DNA of 15,669 nucleotides from a bacterium. GTDB taxonomy: Bacteria > Eisenbacteria > RBG-16-71-46. The stretch is taken from the NCBI GenBank assembly GCA_043779265.1, contig JAYWEM010000183.1, positions 1 through 15,669 of the forward strand, in the 5' to 3' direction. This document shows, one piece after another, positions 7,266 to 15,669 of the stretch. Numbering within the stretch: position 1 is the first letter of the stretch; every line of letters starts with the position of its first letter. The notes below the pieces were generated by a model that saw only the letters and a program-made list of their open reading frames with translations, ran no database searches and was not told the origin of the DNA. A program made the translations under genes and the position numbers.

Positions 7266-8206
7266 GCCGTGCCCGGCTGACCCTGCTCATCCAGATCGCG
7301 ATTTCCGTGGGTCTCCTCGTGCTACTGTCGGTCCGCGTTCCGCTGCGCGACTCCGTCGAGACACTGCTGCGGGTCCACCCACTCACCGTGGTCAGCGCGA
7401 TTCTCCTGTCACTCATCGGGTATCTCGGCCGCGCTCGCCGATGGTCCGCCCTGCTCGAGCGTGGAGGGATCCAGTTGACCGCGCTCTCGAGCTACGTCCT
7501 GACGCTCGTGGGAACCGGCTACGGCCTGCTCACGCCGGGTCGCGTCGGTGAGTTCGCACGTGCGCTTCACCTGAGAAATTCGAGGAAGGACTCCGTACCG
7601 TCCATGCTGTGGGACCGAATCGCCGACATCCTGCTCCTGGAGCTCATGTCGCTCCCCGCGTTCCTGCTGATCCCGGCCTGGCGCGGACATCTCCTTCTCA
7701 TCTACCTGGCGATCACCGCCGTCTCGATCGGCCTCGTGTTGCTGCTCGATCGACCGCACGTCCTCGACCACCTCGCCCGTCGGTGGCCGAAGCTGGCCGA
7801 GCCGACTCGCGCGTGGCGCACCCAGTCGTCCGGCATGTTGTCGAGCCGCGCCTTCCGCACCGGGATCCTCGGCGGCCTCTTCTTCTACTGCTTCTCGTAC
7901 CTCGCCGCCTTCCTGTTACTCCGTGACCTCGCGCCGACGGCTCCGCCGCTCCTCTTCCTCGCGCTTCCGGTGATCCCATTCCTCGGGAATCTCCCGGTCG
8001 CGTTCGGTGGTCTCGGCCTGCGTGAGCACGTCTCGGCGATCGTGTTCGCCCAGTTGGGGGCGACTGCATCTGCTGGCCCCGCCTTCAGCCTCCTGTGGTT
8101 CGCGACGGCCACGCTCGTTCCCGGCCTGATCGGCCTGGCGCTCTCGCCCACTCCCTGGGCCCGCGGGCAGGTCGTCGAATCCTCTTCGGAGAGTCCATCA
8201 GCATGA
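7262..8206 (+). CDS. Lysylphosphatidylglycerol synthase TM-region (UPF0104/AglD2-like) membrane protein, putative lipid-linked sugar flippase, 314 aa
   Basis: RARRW, LTPGRVGEFARA, WDRIADI and LPVAFGGLGLRE motifs; about 8 TM segments; GTGA overlap with the upstream GT2. Confidence 0.88.
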   Translation: MSRARLTLLIQIAISVGLLVLLSVRVPLRDSVETLLRVHPLTVVSAILLSLIGYLGRARRWSALLERGGIQLTALSSYVLTLVGTGYGLLTPGRVGEFARALHLRNSRKDSVPSMLWDRIADILLLELMSLPAFLLIPAWRGHLLLIYLAITAVSIGLVLLLDRPHVLDHLARRWPKLAEPTRAWRTQSSGMLSSRAFRTGILGGLFFYCFSYLAAFLLLRDLAPTAPPLLFLALPVIPFLGNLPVAFGGLGLREHVSAIVFAQLGATASAGPAFSLLWFATATLVPGLIGLALSPTPWARGQVVESSSESPSA

Positions 8207-9453
8207 GTGGATCCCGCTTCGCTCGTCTCCTCCTGGCACCGGCCGCGATCATCGCGATGGCGGCGCTCGTCCGGCTGGCCCTGGCGATCGTCATGGGGGA
8301 CCGCTTCTACTTCGCGGACACGGCGGAGTACGAAGCAACAGCGATACGGATCCTTCGCGGGCTCGGACCTGGTGAATCCAGCCCTCGAGCGCCGCTCTTT
8401 CCGGGCTTCCTCGCCGTGGCATTCGCGATCGGCGGCGAGGAGAACCGGTTCGTCGCACGCCTGCTCCAACTCGCACTCGGCACGGGGCTCGTCGCACTGA
8501 CCGGCCGGCTCGCGGGCATCCTCGGAGGCCCTCTCGCGGTGAGACCGGCACTCCTCGCGGCCGCATTCTCACCGCTGCTCGTCTTCTCGAGCTGCATGCT
8601 GTACCCGACGACGATCTACTCGCTGCTCTTGTCCGGGACGGCCATGACCGCACTGGCCCTGATCGCGCGCCCGACACTGGCGCTCGGAGCCGTGCTGGGC
8701 GTCTTGATCCCGCTCGGCTGGCTGACCGACCCGGTGTTCCTCGCGCCCGCCGGCACGCTCGTTCTCGTCCTCGCCTGCACGCTGCCCAAGCACGGGCGGA
8801 AGCTCGCGGCTTCGCTCGCCGTCGCGCTTCTCGTCATGACCGCGATCATCGTTCCCTACCGACAGGCCACGACGCCCGCCGGCGGCCAAGGTGGCGCCTT
8901 CATGCAGAAGGCGCAGTACGTGCTCGACTGGTCGCGCAGTGACCCGAAGATGGCCGGCTCGCGGCACGTGCGCGTGCCTGACACGGACACCTTCGTCCCG
9001 CTGAGCGCGACGGAGTTCCTCGCGCGCGAGTGGGGCCTGATCACCACGCAGCCGACGGCGTATGCGGCGGACGTGACTCGGGAGTTCATCCACTTCTTCA
9101 ATCCGCTGCCCGACCGGGTCCAGACTCAGAACAAGTTCAATCAGCCGATGACGCTATGGGCTGGAGCGCTGCACTTCGCGCCCATCCTGCTCCTCGCGAT
9201 CCTCGGACTCCTGTTCGGCGCCGGGGCGCTCCAGTCCCGCTGGGTGCTGGCATCCGTCGTCCTCTCGACAGCGGGCTTCTACTCCCTCTTCTTCAGCCAG
9301 GCCCGCTATCGCATCCCGGTCGAGCCGATGATCATCGTCCTGGCCGCGCTCGCCATCGTCCGCCTGATGCCTCGAGTCGCCGCCCACCTCGCCGCGAGTG
9401 ACGCTTCGGAGCCGGCATCGGCTCCCCCCCCCAACGGTCCACGGAGAACCTGA
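8203..9453 (+). CDS. ArnT/PMT_2-like GT-C membrane glycosyltransferase, 416 aa
   Basis: FADTAEYE after TM1, RAPLFPGFLA, ARLLQ, C-terminal QARYRIPVEP; about 10 TM segments and one periplasmic loop; ATGA overlap at 8203-8206. Confidence 0.78.
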   Translation: MSGSRFARLLLAPAAIIAMAALVRLALAIVMGDRFYFADTAEYEATAIRILRGLGPGESSPRAPLFPGFLAVAFAIGGEENRFVARLLQLALGTGLVALTGRLAGILGGPLAVRPALLAAAFSPLLVFSSCMLYPTTIYSLLLSGTAMTALALIARPTLALGAVLGVLIPLGWLTDPVFLAPAGTLVLVLACTLPKHGRKLAASLAVALLVMTAIIVPYRQATTPAGGQGGAFMQKAQYVLDWSRSDPKMAGSRHVRVPDTDTFVPLSATEFLAREWGLITTQPTAYAADVTREFIHFFNPLPDRVQTQNKFNQPMTLWAGALHFAPILLLAILGLLFGAGALQSRWVLASVVLSTAGFYSLFFSQARYRIPVEPMIIVLAALAIVRLMPRVAAHLAASDASEPASAPPPNGPRRT

Positions 9454-10472
9454 TGCGCGTCGCGATCATCGGCATCGGCAAGATGGGCCTGCTGCACGCA
9501 GGCATCCTCAACGCACTCGACGGAGTCGAGCTGTGCGCCATGTCCGATACCTCCAAGTACCTGCTCGGCATAGTCAAGAACCTCAAACCCATCCCGGTTC
9601 ATGATGACTATCTGAAGATGCTCGATCGCGAGAAGCCCGATGCGGCCGTGATCGCCACGCCGGTGAAGCTGCATGTCCCGATGATGCGCGAGTGCGCCAA
9701 GCGCGGGATCCACTTCCTGGTCGAGAAGCCGCTCAGCCTGAACGCCCCCGAGGCCGAACCGCTGATCCACGAAGTGGCCGACAAGAAGCTCGTCACGATG
9801 GCCGGGTACATGCTCCGTTACGCCGAGACCTTCCGGAAGGCGAAGCAGGTGATCGCGAGTGGTGCGCTCGGCCGGATCCAGAGCGTCCAGGGCTCGAGCT
9901 ACGTGGGGCAGCTGTTCAAGCCCGGCAAGGGCTGGCGCTACAGCCGCGCCGAGTCCGGCGGCGGCGTGGTGATCGGTCAGGCGACGCATCTGCTCGACCT
10001 GATGCACTGGTACTTCGGCGACCCCGTGCGTGTCTCCGCCACTTGCCAGCACCTCTACTCCGAGGATGTCGAGGACGCGGCTCACGGGCAGCTCGAGTTC
10101 GCGCACGGTGTGAGCGGGTGGTTCGACTGTTCCTGGAGCCGCCGTCACCACCGTCTCCTCGAGATCGAGGTGCGGGTCCAGGCCGAGAACGGCGACCTGA
10201 TGGTCAACGACGACTCCCTGCGCCTTCACCTCGAGCAGCCGGCGTCAGGGCACGCCGCCGGGTGGACGCACTGGAAGAAGCCCGACCTGTTCGAGGGCGT
10301 TCCGATCGATGTCGGCGGGCCGCAGTACACGCGGCAGGACGAGGCGTTCGCGCGCGCCGTCCTCGATGGCGGCTCGGTCGAGACCGATCTCGCAGCCGCC
10401 TGGCGCGTCCAGAAGACGGTCGATGCCATCTATCACTCGGCCGATCGCCGAGGGGAGCCGGTCACGCCATGA
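9453..10472 (+). CDS. Gfo/Idh/MocA family NAD(P)-dependent oxidoreductase, 339 aa
   Basis: MRVAIIGIGKMG Rossmann motif, IATPVKLH, VEKPL, GYMLRY, SGGGVVIGQATHLLD, VEDAA; TGATG overlap. Confidence 0.93.
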   Translation: MRVAIIGIGKMGLLHAGILNALDGVELCAMSDTSKYLLGIVKNLKPIPVHDDYLKMLDREKPDAAVIATPVKLHVPMMRECAKRGIHFLVEKPLSLNAPEAEPLIHEVADKKLVTMAGYMLRYAETFRKAKQVIASGALGRIQSVQGSSYVGQLFKPGKGWRYSRAESGGGVVIGQATHLLDLMHWYFGDPVRVSATCQHLYSEDVEDAAHGQLEFAHGVSGWFDCSWSRRHHRLLEIEVRVQAENGDLMVNDDSLRLHLEQPASGHAAGWTHWKKPDLFEGVPIDVGGPQYTRQDEAFARAVLDGGSVETDLAAAWRVQKTVDAIYHSADRRGEPVTP

Positions 10473-11371
10473 GCACGACACCGATGATCGACCCGATCCT
10501 GCTCGGGCATAACCAGTTCTTCGGCGTGAATCATCTCGAGGCGGGCGCAGGGAACGAGAAGGCGATCTACTTCAGTGACGTCGCGCGCATCCTCGACGTG
10601 GTGCAGCACGCGCGCAGTTGCGGTGTCCATGCCATGATGATGTCGACGCACGAGAGGGCGCTCGCGGTGGCCGATGGATTCCGGCGCGATGGCACGTTGC
10701 AGCGCGAGTTCGGCGTCTACCTGCTGATCCCCTATGTCGCCAAATACATCAAGCAGGCGAACGAGAAGGGGCTCGTCAACGTCGTCACCGATTCACTCGG
10801 CAATTCCAGCATCACCGAGAAGCTCGGCACGCTGTGGCAGGGCGGCATCGGAGCGCTCACCGGCGATGCGACCCGCATCCTGACCACGCTGATCGACTTC
10901 GAGGTCGGGCCGTTCCGCGACCTGAACCTCAAGAGCATCGTGCTGCACGATGTCCTCGCCGACCTCGCGCTCGGACTCGACATGCCCGAGGTGTTCGCGA
11001 CCTTCGACCGCCACGTCCGCGACAAGTACGGTGCGATTCCCGGCTACGGCACCAAGAACCTCCCGATGATGGCCGCGATGCTCAAGCGAGCCGGTGTCGA
11101 GAACCCGTTCATCATGGCGGCGATCAACAAGAAGGGTTTCTGGGTCAATCCCTCGCTTGAGTCGTGCGAGCGGACATTGCGCGAGGAGAAGCTGCGGCTG
11201 CTCGCGATGAGCTCGCTCGCCGCGGGCTACCTGAAGCCCGATGAGGCCTACGCGTACCTCGCGGGGCTCCCCAACATCTCGAGCGTCGTGGTCGGCGTCT
11301 CGAGCCGTCACCACGCCGAGGAGACCTTCGGGGCCATCCAGCGACACCTCGGAGCACGCACTTCCTCATGA
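10469..11371 (+). CDS. Uncharacterised soluble protein, possible aldo/keto-reductase-like (alpha/beta)8 barrel, 300 aa
   Basis: 3' part of track ORF 9692..11371, with ATGA overlaps at both ends and GC3-rich codons. LLGHNQFFGVNH N-terminus, INKKGF, LLAMSSLAAGYL and SVVVGVSSRHHAEE resemble the terminal strands of AKR-type barrels. The CDS is well supported; the fold call is tentative. Confidence 0.75.
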   Translation: MSTTPMIDPILLGHNQFFGVNHLEAGAGNEKAIYFSDVARILDVVQHARSCGVHAMMMSTHERALAVADGFRRDGTLQREFGVYLLIPYVAKYIKQANEKGLVNVVTDSLGNSSITEKLGTLWQGGIGALTGDATRILTTLIDFEVGPFRDLNLKSIVLHDVLADLALGLDMPEVFATFDRHVRDKYGAIPGYGTKNLPMMAAMLKRAGVENPFIMAAINKKGFWVNPSLESCERTLREEKLRLLAMSSLAAGYLKPDEAYAYLAGLPNISSVVVGVSSRHHAEETFGAIQRHLGARTSS

Positions 11372-12393
11372 CCACGGTGCGGGTCCGCGAGCTGGCGGCC
11401 GGAGAGGAGGCGAAGTGGGACTCCTATGTCCTCGACTCGCCTCACAGCCAGTTCGGTCAGGTCCACGCCTGGAAACGACTCACCGAGTCGACCTACGACG
11501 TGCGCGCCGAGTACCGGATCGCCGAGCGAGACGGCCGATTCGTGGGCGCACTGCCGCTGTTCCGCAAGCCGGGCCGCCCCGGCACGCTGTTCTCCGCTCC
11601 CGGCGGACTGCTGGCGGACGACGCTTCGATCGCCGAGGCGCTGCTCGCGCCCGCTCGAGAGCAGGTGGCGCGCGAGGGCCTCGCGTGGCTCGAGTTGCGT
11701 GACCAGCGCGTCGCCTGGCCGGGACTCGAGACGAACGACGAGCACCTCACCATGGTGCTCGAACTCGAGGCGGATGCGGAATCGCAGTGGAAGCAGTTCG
11801 ATGCCAAGCTCCGCAATCAGATCCGCAAGGGTGAGAAGGCGGGCTTCACGAGGCATTGGGGAGGCGACCGCGTTGGCGCCTTCCATCGTGTGATGGTGGA
11901 GAACTTGCGCGACCTCGGGACGCCCGTGCGCGGAGTCGCGTACTTCCAGCAGGCGCTCGATCTGCTGGAGAGCCGGGCGTCCGTGCTGGTGATCGAGCGA
12001 GAGGGCGATGCCGCCGGCACGATGTTCACCATCGCCCACCGCGACGCGCTCACCGACCCCTGGGCGTCCTCGCTGCGCAGGCACTTCGCCCACTGCCCGA
12101 ATCAGGTGCTCTACTGGGAGGCGATCCAGCGCGCCTTCTCGCTGGGGCTGCGCCGCTTCGACTTCGGACGGAGTCAGTGGGAGTCTCCGACCTATCGGTT
12201 CAAGCAGCAGTGGGGCGCAAGACCAGTGCCGCTCCACTACCAGTACATCCTCGGGGAGGGGAGCCGCATGCCGACGCTCGAGTCGCAGAAGGACGGCATG
12301 GCCCTGGCGGTGAAGATTTGGCAGCGCCTCCCGGTCCCTCTCGCGAGCGCGCTCGGGGAACCGGCCAAGCGTCGATTCCCGGAGGTCCTGTGA
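11368..12393 (+). CDS. FemAB-related GNAT-fold protein (type associated with PEP-CTERM/XrtA exopolysaccharide loci), 341 aa
   Basis: [47 protein letters not shown] and YRFKQQWG motifs of tandem-GNAT FemABX-like proteins. Confidence 0.88.
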   Translation: MTTVRVRELAAGEEAKWDSYVLDSPHSQFGQVHAWKRLTESTYDVRAEYRIAERDGRFVGALPLFRKPGRPGTLFSAPGGLLADDASIAEALLAPAREQVAREGLAWLELRDQRVAWPGLETNDEHLTMVLELEADAESQWKQFDAKLRNQIRKGEKAGFTRHWGGDRVGAFHRVMVENLRDLGTPVRGVAYFQQALDLLESRASVLVIEREGDAAGTMFTIAHRDALTDPWASSLRRHFAHCPNQVLYWEAIQRAFSLGLRRFDFGRSQWESPTYRFKQQWGARPVPLHYQYILGEGSRMPTLESQKDGMALAVKIWQRLPVPLASALGEPAKRRFPEVL

Positions 12394-12902
12394 GCCGCAC
12401 CCCGATCTCCGGGCGCGTGGCGCGCCGCGAGTACGAGACGGCGCTCGCGCCGCGCTCACTGCTCAAGGTGCTCGCGCAGAAGGTCCTGCACCAGGCAGCC
12501 CGCACCTGCATCCCGCCAAGTCTCCGGAACGCTCTCTATCGCGCCATGGGCATCTCAGTCGGAGCACACGTCTTCATCGGACTCGACACGTGGCTCGACG
12601 ATCAGTTCCCCGAGCTCATCACCATCGAGGACGGCGTCACGCTCTCGTTCCGGGTCATGGTGATCGTGCACGACGATGCGAAACGGCTCGATCGCACCGA
12701 GGCCGGCGCGGGAGACGGAACAGTGGCCCCGGTGCGGCTGTGCCGAGGCTGCTATCTCGGCGCCGGGTGCATCGTCCTGCCCGGCGTCACGGTGGGCGAG
12801 GGCGCGGTGGTCGCGGCGGGCGCGGTGGTCACGCGCGATGTCCCGCCCGGGGTGGTCGTGGCCGGAGTCCCCGCTCGCGTGGTGAAGGACGCCAAGGCGT
12901 GA
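12390..12902 (+). CDS. Left-handed beta-helix (hexapeptide repeat) acyl/acetyltransferase, 170 aa
   Basis: [69 protein letters not shown] at 12390 overlaps the FemAB stop and follows GGAGG (12381-12385). Confidence 0.92.
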   Translation: MSRTPISGRVARREYETALAPRSLLKVLAQKVLHQAARTCIPPSLRNALYRAMGISVGAHVFIGLDTWLDDQFPELITIEDGVTLSFRVMVIVHDDAKRLDRTEAGAGDGTVAPVRLCRGCYLGAGCIVLPGVTVGEGAVVAAGAVVTRDVPPGVVVAGVPARVVKDAKA

Positions 12903-14953
12903 TCTCGCGGCTCCTCGCCCTCTCGGCGGCCGCACTCGCGGCCGCCCTCGGGATGTTCGCCCCAGGCCCGATCGGCCACGTGGCCGCCTATCTCGCGATC
13001 GGACTGATCCCCGGCTGGGCTGCCGCGATGCTCCTGCTTCCAGGAGCGGCGCGCTCGACGCACGTGCTCCTGGCCGCCCTGCTCGGCCCGCTGGTCAGCA
13101 CGGTGATCGCCTGGGCCATCCTGTCAGCTGGCGGCTCGCTGCTCGCGGCGACCCAGACGGTCGCGGCCCTCGGCGTGCTCGGGATCGTGCTCGGCTGGAG
13201 ATCGGGTGGAGCGGCCTCGGACGAGGAACCACCGCTCGATCGCATCGGGTGGGGCGTCCTGATCGCCGCCGTGGCGTTCGTCGCGGTCTTCCCGCTCGCC
13301 AGTGAGTGGCTCCGCATCCGATCCGACGGCTGGATCCATGCGGGGATCGCCTGGGACATCCACGAACACGGCATCCCCCCCATCGATCCACGGTTCGCCG
13401 GGATGCGGCTCAACTACGTGTGGTTCTACAACCTCTTCCTCGCGATGATCTCCTCGCCGCCGCACGAGCGCGACTTGTTCGTGACCATGGCGATGATGAA
13501 CCTGGTGGACATGGCAGCGCTCATCGCGCTGACCTGGCGCCTCGCCGCACGGTGGGGAGGCGGCGCCCTCGCCGCACGTGGAGCGGCGCTGCTCGCCGTC
13601 CTCGGGATGAATGCCGGTGCGTGGATCCTCTTCCCGCTTCATCTGCTGCGCGCCGTTCACGGCGAGCACAGCGGCTGGGCGGAGGCGGCTCCCTTGATGC
13701 AACAGGTCGAGTGGGACACGTACCGGGTCCAGCACTACGTGATCTCGTCGCCGTTCGCGTGGATGGTGAACTCGTGGGACAAGTGGACGCTCGGCTCGTC
13801 GATCGGCTACACCTACCTCTTCATCCCCCTCCATCTTTGGGCGCTCCTGAGGGCCTGGGGTGCGGGGCAATGGGGATGGTGGGCGCTGGTGGCGATCTCG
13901 GCTGGCGCCATGATCCTGTTCCATGGCGTCGTCGGGCTGAGCGTGCTGCCCGTGACCGGACTGACGTTGCTCGCCCTCTTCCTCGTGGGGCCCTCGCTGC
14001 GCGGGGCTCCCGCGAGGCGCCAGTCGCTCCTCGGGGGCATCCTGCTCGCACTCGGCGGACTCGCCGTCGTGCCCTATCTCATCAGCATCACGGCCGGCTG
14101 GGAGGCCGGGCAGTCCGGGCTGAAGCACTCGTATCTCCGGCCCAGCGTGTTCATGGTCTGGACGCTCGTCACATCGTGCGCGGTCGCCGCGATCTTCGCC
14201 TGGAAGTCGCTCCGGAAGTCGCTGCGAGCCACGGAGCCACCGAGCGCACTGCTGCCCCTGTGGCTGCTCGGCATGCTCCTCTTCTCCCTCGTCGTCCACC
14301 TGCCCGAGAACAACGAGACCAAGTTCGTCTGGCAGGTGTTCATCCTTCTGGCCGTGATCGGCGGCGCGAGCGCATGGGAGTGGGTAGCACGTTCGAGACA
14401 AGGTGCTGCTCGGGCCCGCTGGGTCATGCTCGTCCTCGCGATCTTCGTGCTCCCGAGCGTGCTCTTCCTCCAGGGCATGCTGCGCGATCGGCCCGAACGG
14501 AGTCAGGCGGAACTGACCGAGGTCGTCCATCGCGATGCCGATGCCCTCGCGTTCTATCGTTGGGTGCGCGAGTCGACGCCCAGGGACGCGGTGTTCGTCG
14601 ATGCGCGCTCGCGCGACCACATCATGGTGCTCGGACGCCGCCGCCTCCTCGTCGGGACGCTGTTCGACACGGCTCGCGCCGCATTCCCCGCCGATGAGAT
14701 GGAACTCCGGCGCGCGATCGAGCAGGACCTCTATGGCCCGCTGAACGACCCGGCCGCGAACATCGAGCGTCTCCGGGACGTCCTGCGCCGGATGCGCGAC
14801 GTCCACCCGGTCAGCGCCTGCTACATCGTCTATCGAGCAGCCGACGTCAACGGCGACTCGCCACGATGGGAGCGCTTGCAACAGGCGGCCCCCGACGTCG
14901 GACTCGCCTACCAGGCGGGTGGCTTCGTGGCGCTTCGCGTGGAGGCTCCGTGA
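12899..14953 (+). CDS. Large polytopic membrane protein, DUF2298/YYY-like putative GT-C glycosyltransferase, 684 aa
   Basis: Roughly 14-16 TM segments; [26 protein letters not shown] (resembles PPxDPWxAGxxxNYYY), NETKF, and a C-terminal soluble domain starting [17 protein letters not shown] overlaps at both ends. Confidence 0.65.
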   Translation: MISRLLALSAAALAAALGMFAPGPIGHVAAYLAIGLIPGWAAAMLLLPGAARSTHVLLAALLGPLVSTVIAWAILSAGGSLLAATQTVAALGVLGIVLGWRSGGAASDEEPPLDRIGWGVLIAAVAFVAVFPLASEWLRIRSDGWIHAGIAWDIHEHGIPPIDPRFAGMRLNYVWFYNLFLAMISSPPHERDLFVTMAMMNLVDMAALIALTWRLAARWGGGALAARGAALLAVLGMNAGAWILFPLHLLRAVHGEHSGWAEAAPLMQQVEWDTYRVQHYVISSPFAWMVNSWDKWTLGSSIGYTYLFIPLHLWALLRAWGAGQWGWWALVAISAGAMILFHGVVGLSVLPVTGLTLLALFLVGPSLRGAPARRQSLLGGILLALGGLAVVPYLISITAGWEAGQSGLKHSYLRPSVFMVWTLVTSCAVAAIFAWKSLRKSLRATEPPSALLPLWLLGMLLFSLVVHLPENNETKFVWQVFILLAVIGGASAWEWVARSRQGAARARWVMLVLAIFVLPSVLFLQGMLRDRPERSQAELTEVVHRDADALAFYRWVRESTPRDAVFVDARSRDHIMVLGRRRLLVGTLFDTARAAFPADEMELRRAIEQDLYGPLNDPAANIERLRDVLRRMRDVHPVSACYIVYRAADVNGDSPRWERLQQAAPDVGLAYQAGGFVALRVEAP

Positions 14954-15669
14954 GCACCGCACCGCGATTCGCCCACCGCGCCGCCTTCTCCTTCGACATC
15001 GAGGATTGGCACCACAGCGAGGTCAACGTCGTCAGCGAGACGGCGAAGGGGACCGAGAGCATCGTCGAGGAGGGAACGCACGCGATCCTCGACCTTCTTG
15101 CCCGGCACGGCTGGCGTTCGACGTTCTTCGTACTCGGGATCGTGGTGAAGGAGCATCCGGAACTGATCCGCCGCATCGTCGATGAGGGTCATGAGCTCGC
15201 CTGCCACGGCATGTCGCACCGGCCCGTGTGGCGCGCGACACAGGACTCCTTCCGCGCCGAACTGCGCGAGTTCCGCGAAGTGGTCGAGGCGACGATCGGT
15301 CACTTCCCGGTCATCGGCTTCCGCGCCCCGACCTTCAGCATCGATCGGACGAACGCGTGGGCGCTCGAGGTGCTGCGTGCCGAGGGCTATCGCTACGATT
15401 CGAGCGTGTTCCCGATGCGCGTGGGGCGATACGGCCAGCCCGGCGCTCCGGTCGGGATCTACCGCCCCTCCCCCACCGACCTGAGACAGCATGACCCCAA
15501 CGCCGACCTCGTCGAGTTCCCCGTGGCGATCGCGGAGTTCGCCGGGATCCGAGTTCCCGTCGGTGGCGGATTCTACCTGCGCGCGCTGCCCCTTCCCGTG
15601 TTCCGCACCGCACTCGATGCGATCCTCAAGCACCGGCCGTTCGTGCTCTATCTGCACCCGCGTGAGATC
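14950..15669 (+). CDS. Polysaccharide deacetylase (CE4/NodB fold, PEP-CTERM-locus/DUF3473 type), truncated by window edge
   Basis: Manual translation from GTG 14950: FSFDIEDWHH, STFFVLG, GHELACHGMSH, GFRAPTFSI, YDSSVFP, LVEFP, PVGGGFYLR, LYLHPREI. Open to the window end; GGAGG SD at 14941-14945. Not in the ORF track. Confidence 0.93.
   Translation, partial: MSTAPRFAHRAAFSFDIEDWHHSEVNVVSETAKGTESIVEEGTHAILDLLARHGWRSTFFVLGIVVKEHPELIRRIVDEGHELACHGMSHRPVWRATQDSFRAELREFREVVEATIGHFPVIGFRAPTFSIDRTNAWALEVLRAEGYRYDSSVFPMRVGRYGQPGAPVGIYRPSPTDLRQHDPNADLVEFPVAIAEFAGIRVPVGGGFYLRALPLPVFRTALDAILKHRPFVLYLHPREI

Noticed and set aside
9692..10468. Long out-of-frame 5' extensions in the ORF track (also 6111, 8095, 11856 and 12590), which could suggest fusions or programmed frameshifts
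   Set aside because: Each real gene starts at a clean stop/start overlap or SD-preceded codon; the extensions are Arg-rich alternate-frame translations, and upstream genes are complete.
13540..13598. Short imperfect tandem repeat CTCGCCGCACG (LAAR x2), and GGAAGTCGCT x2 near 14202-14223
   Set aside because: Only two in-frame copies of common GC-rich codons; not an array or CRISPR.

Overview
GC-rich bacterial DNA (roughly two-thirds G+C by eye) made up entirely of a cell-surface glycan/exopolysaccharide biosynthesis and modification locus; organism not identifiable from this window. On the minus strand at left are a polyprenol-phosphate-sugar synthase-like GT2 (1028-273) and the 5' part of an NAD-dependent epimerase/dehydratase (252-1, missed by the ORF track). 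Divergent from them is a GT-C-like membrane protein (1119-2570). After a 290-bp intergenic region comes a tightly coupled plus-strand operon that runs off the right edge: O-antigen ligase/Wzy-like protein, AsnB-type amidotransferase, GT2 with C-terminal TM helices, LPG-synthase-TM flippase-like protein, ArnT-like GT-C, Gfo/Idh/MocA oxidoreductase, an uncharacterised soluble protein, FemAB-like GNAT, hexapeptide acyltransferase, a large DUF2298/YYY-like membrane protein and a polysaccharide deacetylase (partial, missed by the ORF track). The most unexplained signal is in the 2571-2860 intergenic region: a good sigma70-like promoter followed by a ~165-nt leader containing a long in-register imperfect inverted repeat, a possible SD-sequestering helix, a coupled uORF and flanking direct repeats. 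No RNA genes, CRISPR arrays or transposases were seen. All family assignments come from motif recognition by eye, not from database searches.
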